IMG/VR virus record: IMGVR_UViG_2698536302_000011 | Span: 1-34,665 of that record | Length of the DNA stretch: 34,665 bases | DNA from: a virus | Lineage: Duplodnaviria > Heunggongvirae > Uroviricota > Caudoviricetes | Reading direction: 5' to 3' (one strand) | Part shown: piece after piece, positions 34,309 to 34,665 of the stretch | Layout of the letters: each line of letters starts with the position of its first letter | How positions within the stretch are numbered: the first letter of the stretch is position 1 | Translations under genes and position numbers: made by a program | The notes under the pieces: generated by a model | Database searches by the model: none | What the model was told of the DNA's origin: nothing | What the model saw: the letters and a program-made list of their open reading frames with translations, nothing else

Positions 34309-34665
34309 ATGACAGAGACAGAATCAGCGATTCTGGCGCACGCCCGGCGATGTGCGCCAGCGGAATCGTGCGGCTTCGTGGTGAGAACGCCGGAGGGGGA
34401 AAGATATTTTCCCTGCGTGAATATCTCCGGTGAGCCGGAGGCGTATTTCCGGATGTCGCCGGAGGACTGGCTGCGGGCAGAGATGCAGGGTGAGATTGTG
34501 GCGCTGGTCCACAGCCACCCCGGTGGTCTGCCCTGGCTGAGTGAGGCTGACAGGCGGCTGCAGGTGCAGAGCGATTTGCCTTGGTGGCTGGTCTGCCGGG
34601 GTGAGATTCATAAATTCCGCAGTGTGCCGCATCTTACCGGGCGGCGCTTTGAGCACGGGGTGACG
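34309..34665 (+). CDS. K: Tail assembly protein (lambda gpK-like), 3' end truncated by the window
   Basis: ATG at 34309; 'AESCGFVV...GEIVALVHSHPGG' (JAB/MPN-like HxH region) as in lambda K; runs off the window end. Confidence 0.75.
   Translation, partial: MTETESAILAHARRCAPAESCGFVVRTPEGERYFPCVNISGEPEAYFRMSPEDWLRAEMQGEIVALVHSHPGGLPWLSEADRRLQVQSDLPWWLVCRGEIHKFRSVPHLTGRRFEHGVT

Noticed and set aside
1-34665. CRISPR arrays or insertion-sequence transposases
   Set aside because: No regularly spaced short direct repeats with unique spacers and no transposase-like ORF or terminal inverted repeats were seen; the only repeats are the iterons and the paralogous assembly repeats described above.

Overview
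This window is the integrase-proximal ~35 kb of a lambdoid prophage of the E. coli type, read from int towards the tail genes. Calls rest on reading the ORF-track translations against families I recognise from memory; no search was run. Order along the window: int/xis (1-1366), a leftward early block with a RecE-like exonuclease and kilR, a divergent CI-like repressor / Cro-like switch (5919-6879), an O-like replication gene carrying GTCACG iterons, a low-GC island (~9.5-11.9 kb) holding a Q82-type antiterminator homolog and a two-gene module with RexA/RexB-like architecture, a hok-type toxin, a nin-like region (DUF968-like, rusA), a DNA adenine methyltransferase, three tRNAs (CAU, UCG, UCU), a lysis cassette, a lambda-like cos site, terminase, portal, a fused protease-scaffold-capsid gene, and tail genes Z-U-V-G-T-H-M-L-K (K cut by the window end). 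No stx genes and no CRISPR array are present. The most interesting candidate is the RexAB-like module at 10093-11502. Three N-containing sites (7815, 15170, 16262-16287) with paralogous repeats around them indicate assembly uncertainty at the Q/methyltransferase junction. Internal start coordinates are derived from the ORF track; sites read directly from the printed sequence (terminators, cos, iterons, tRNAs) may be off by 1-2 nt.
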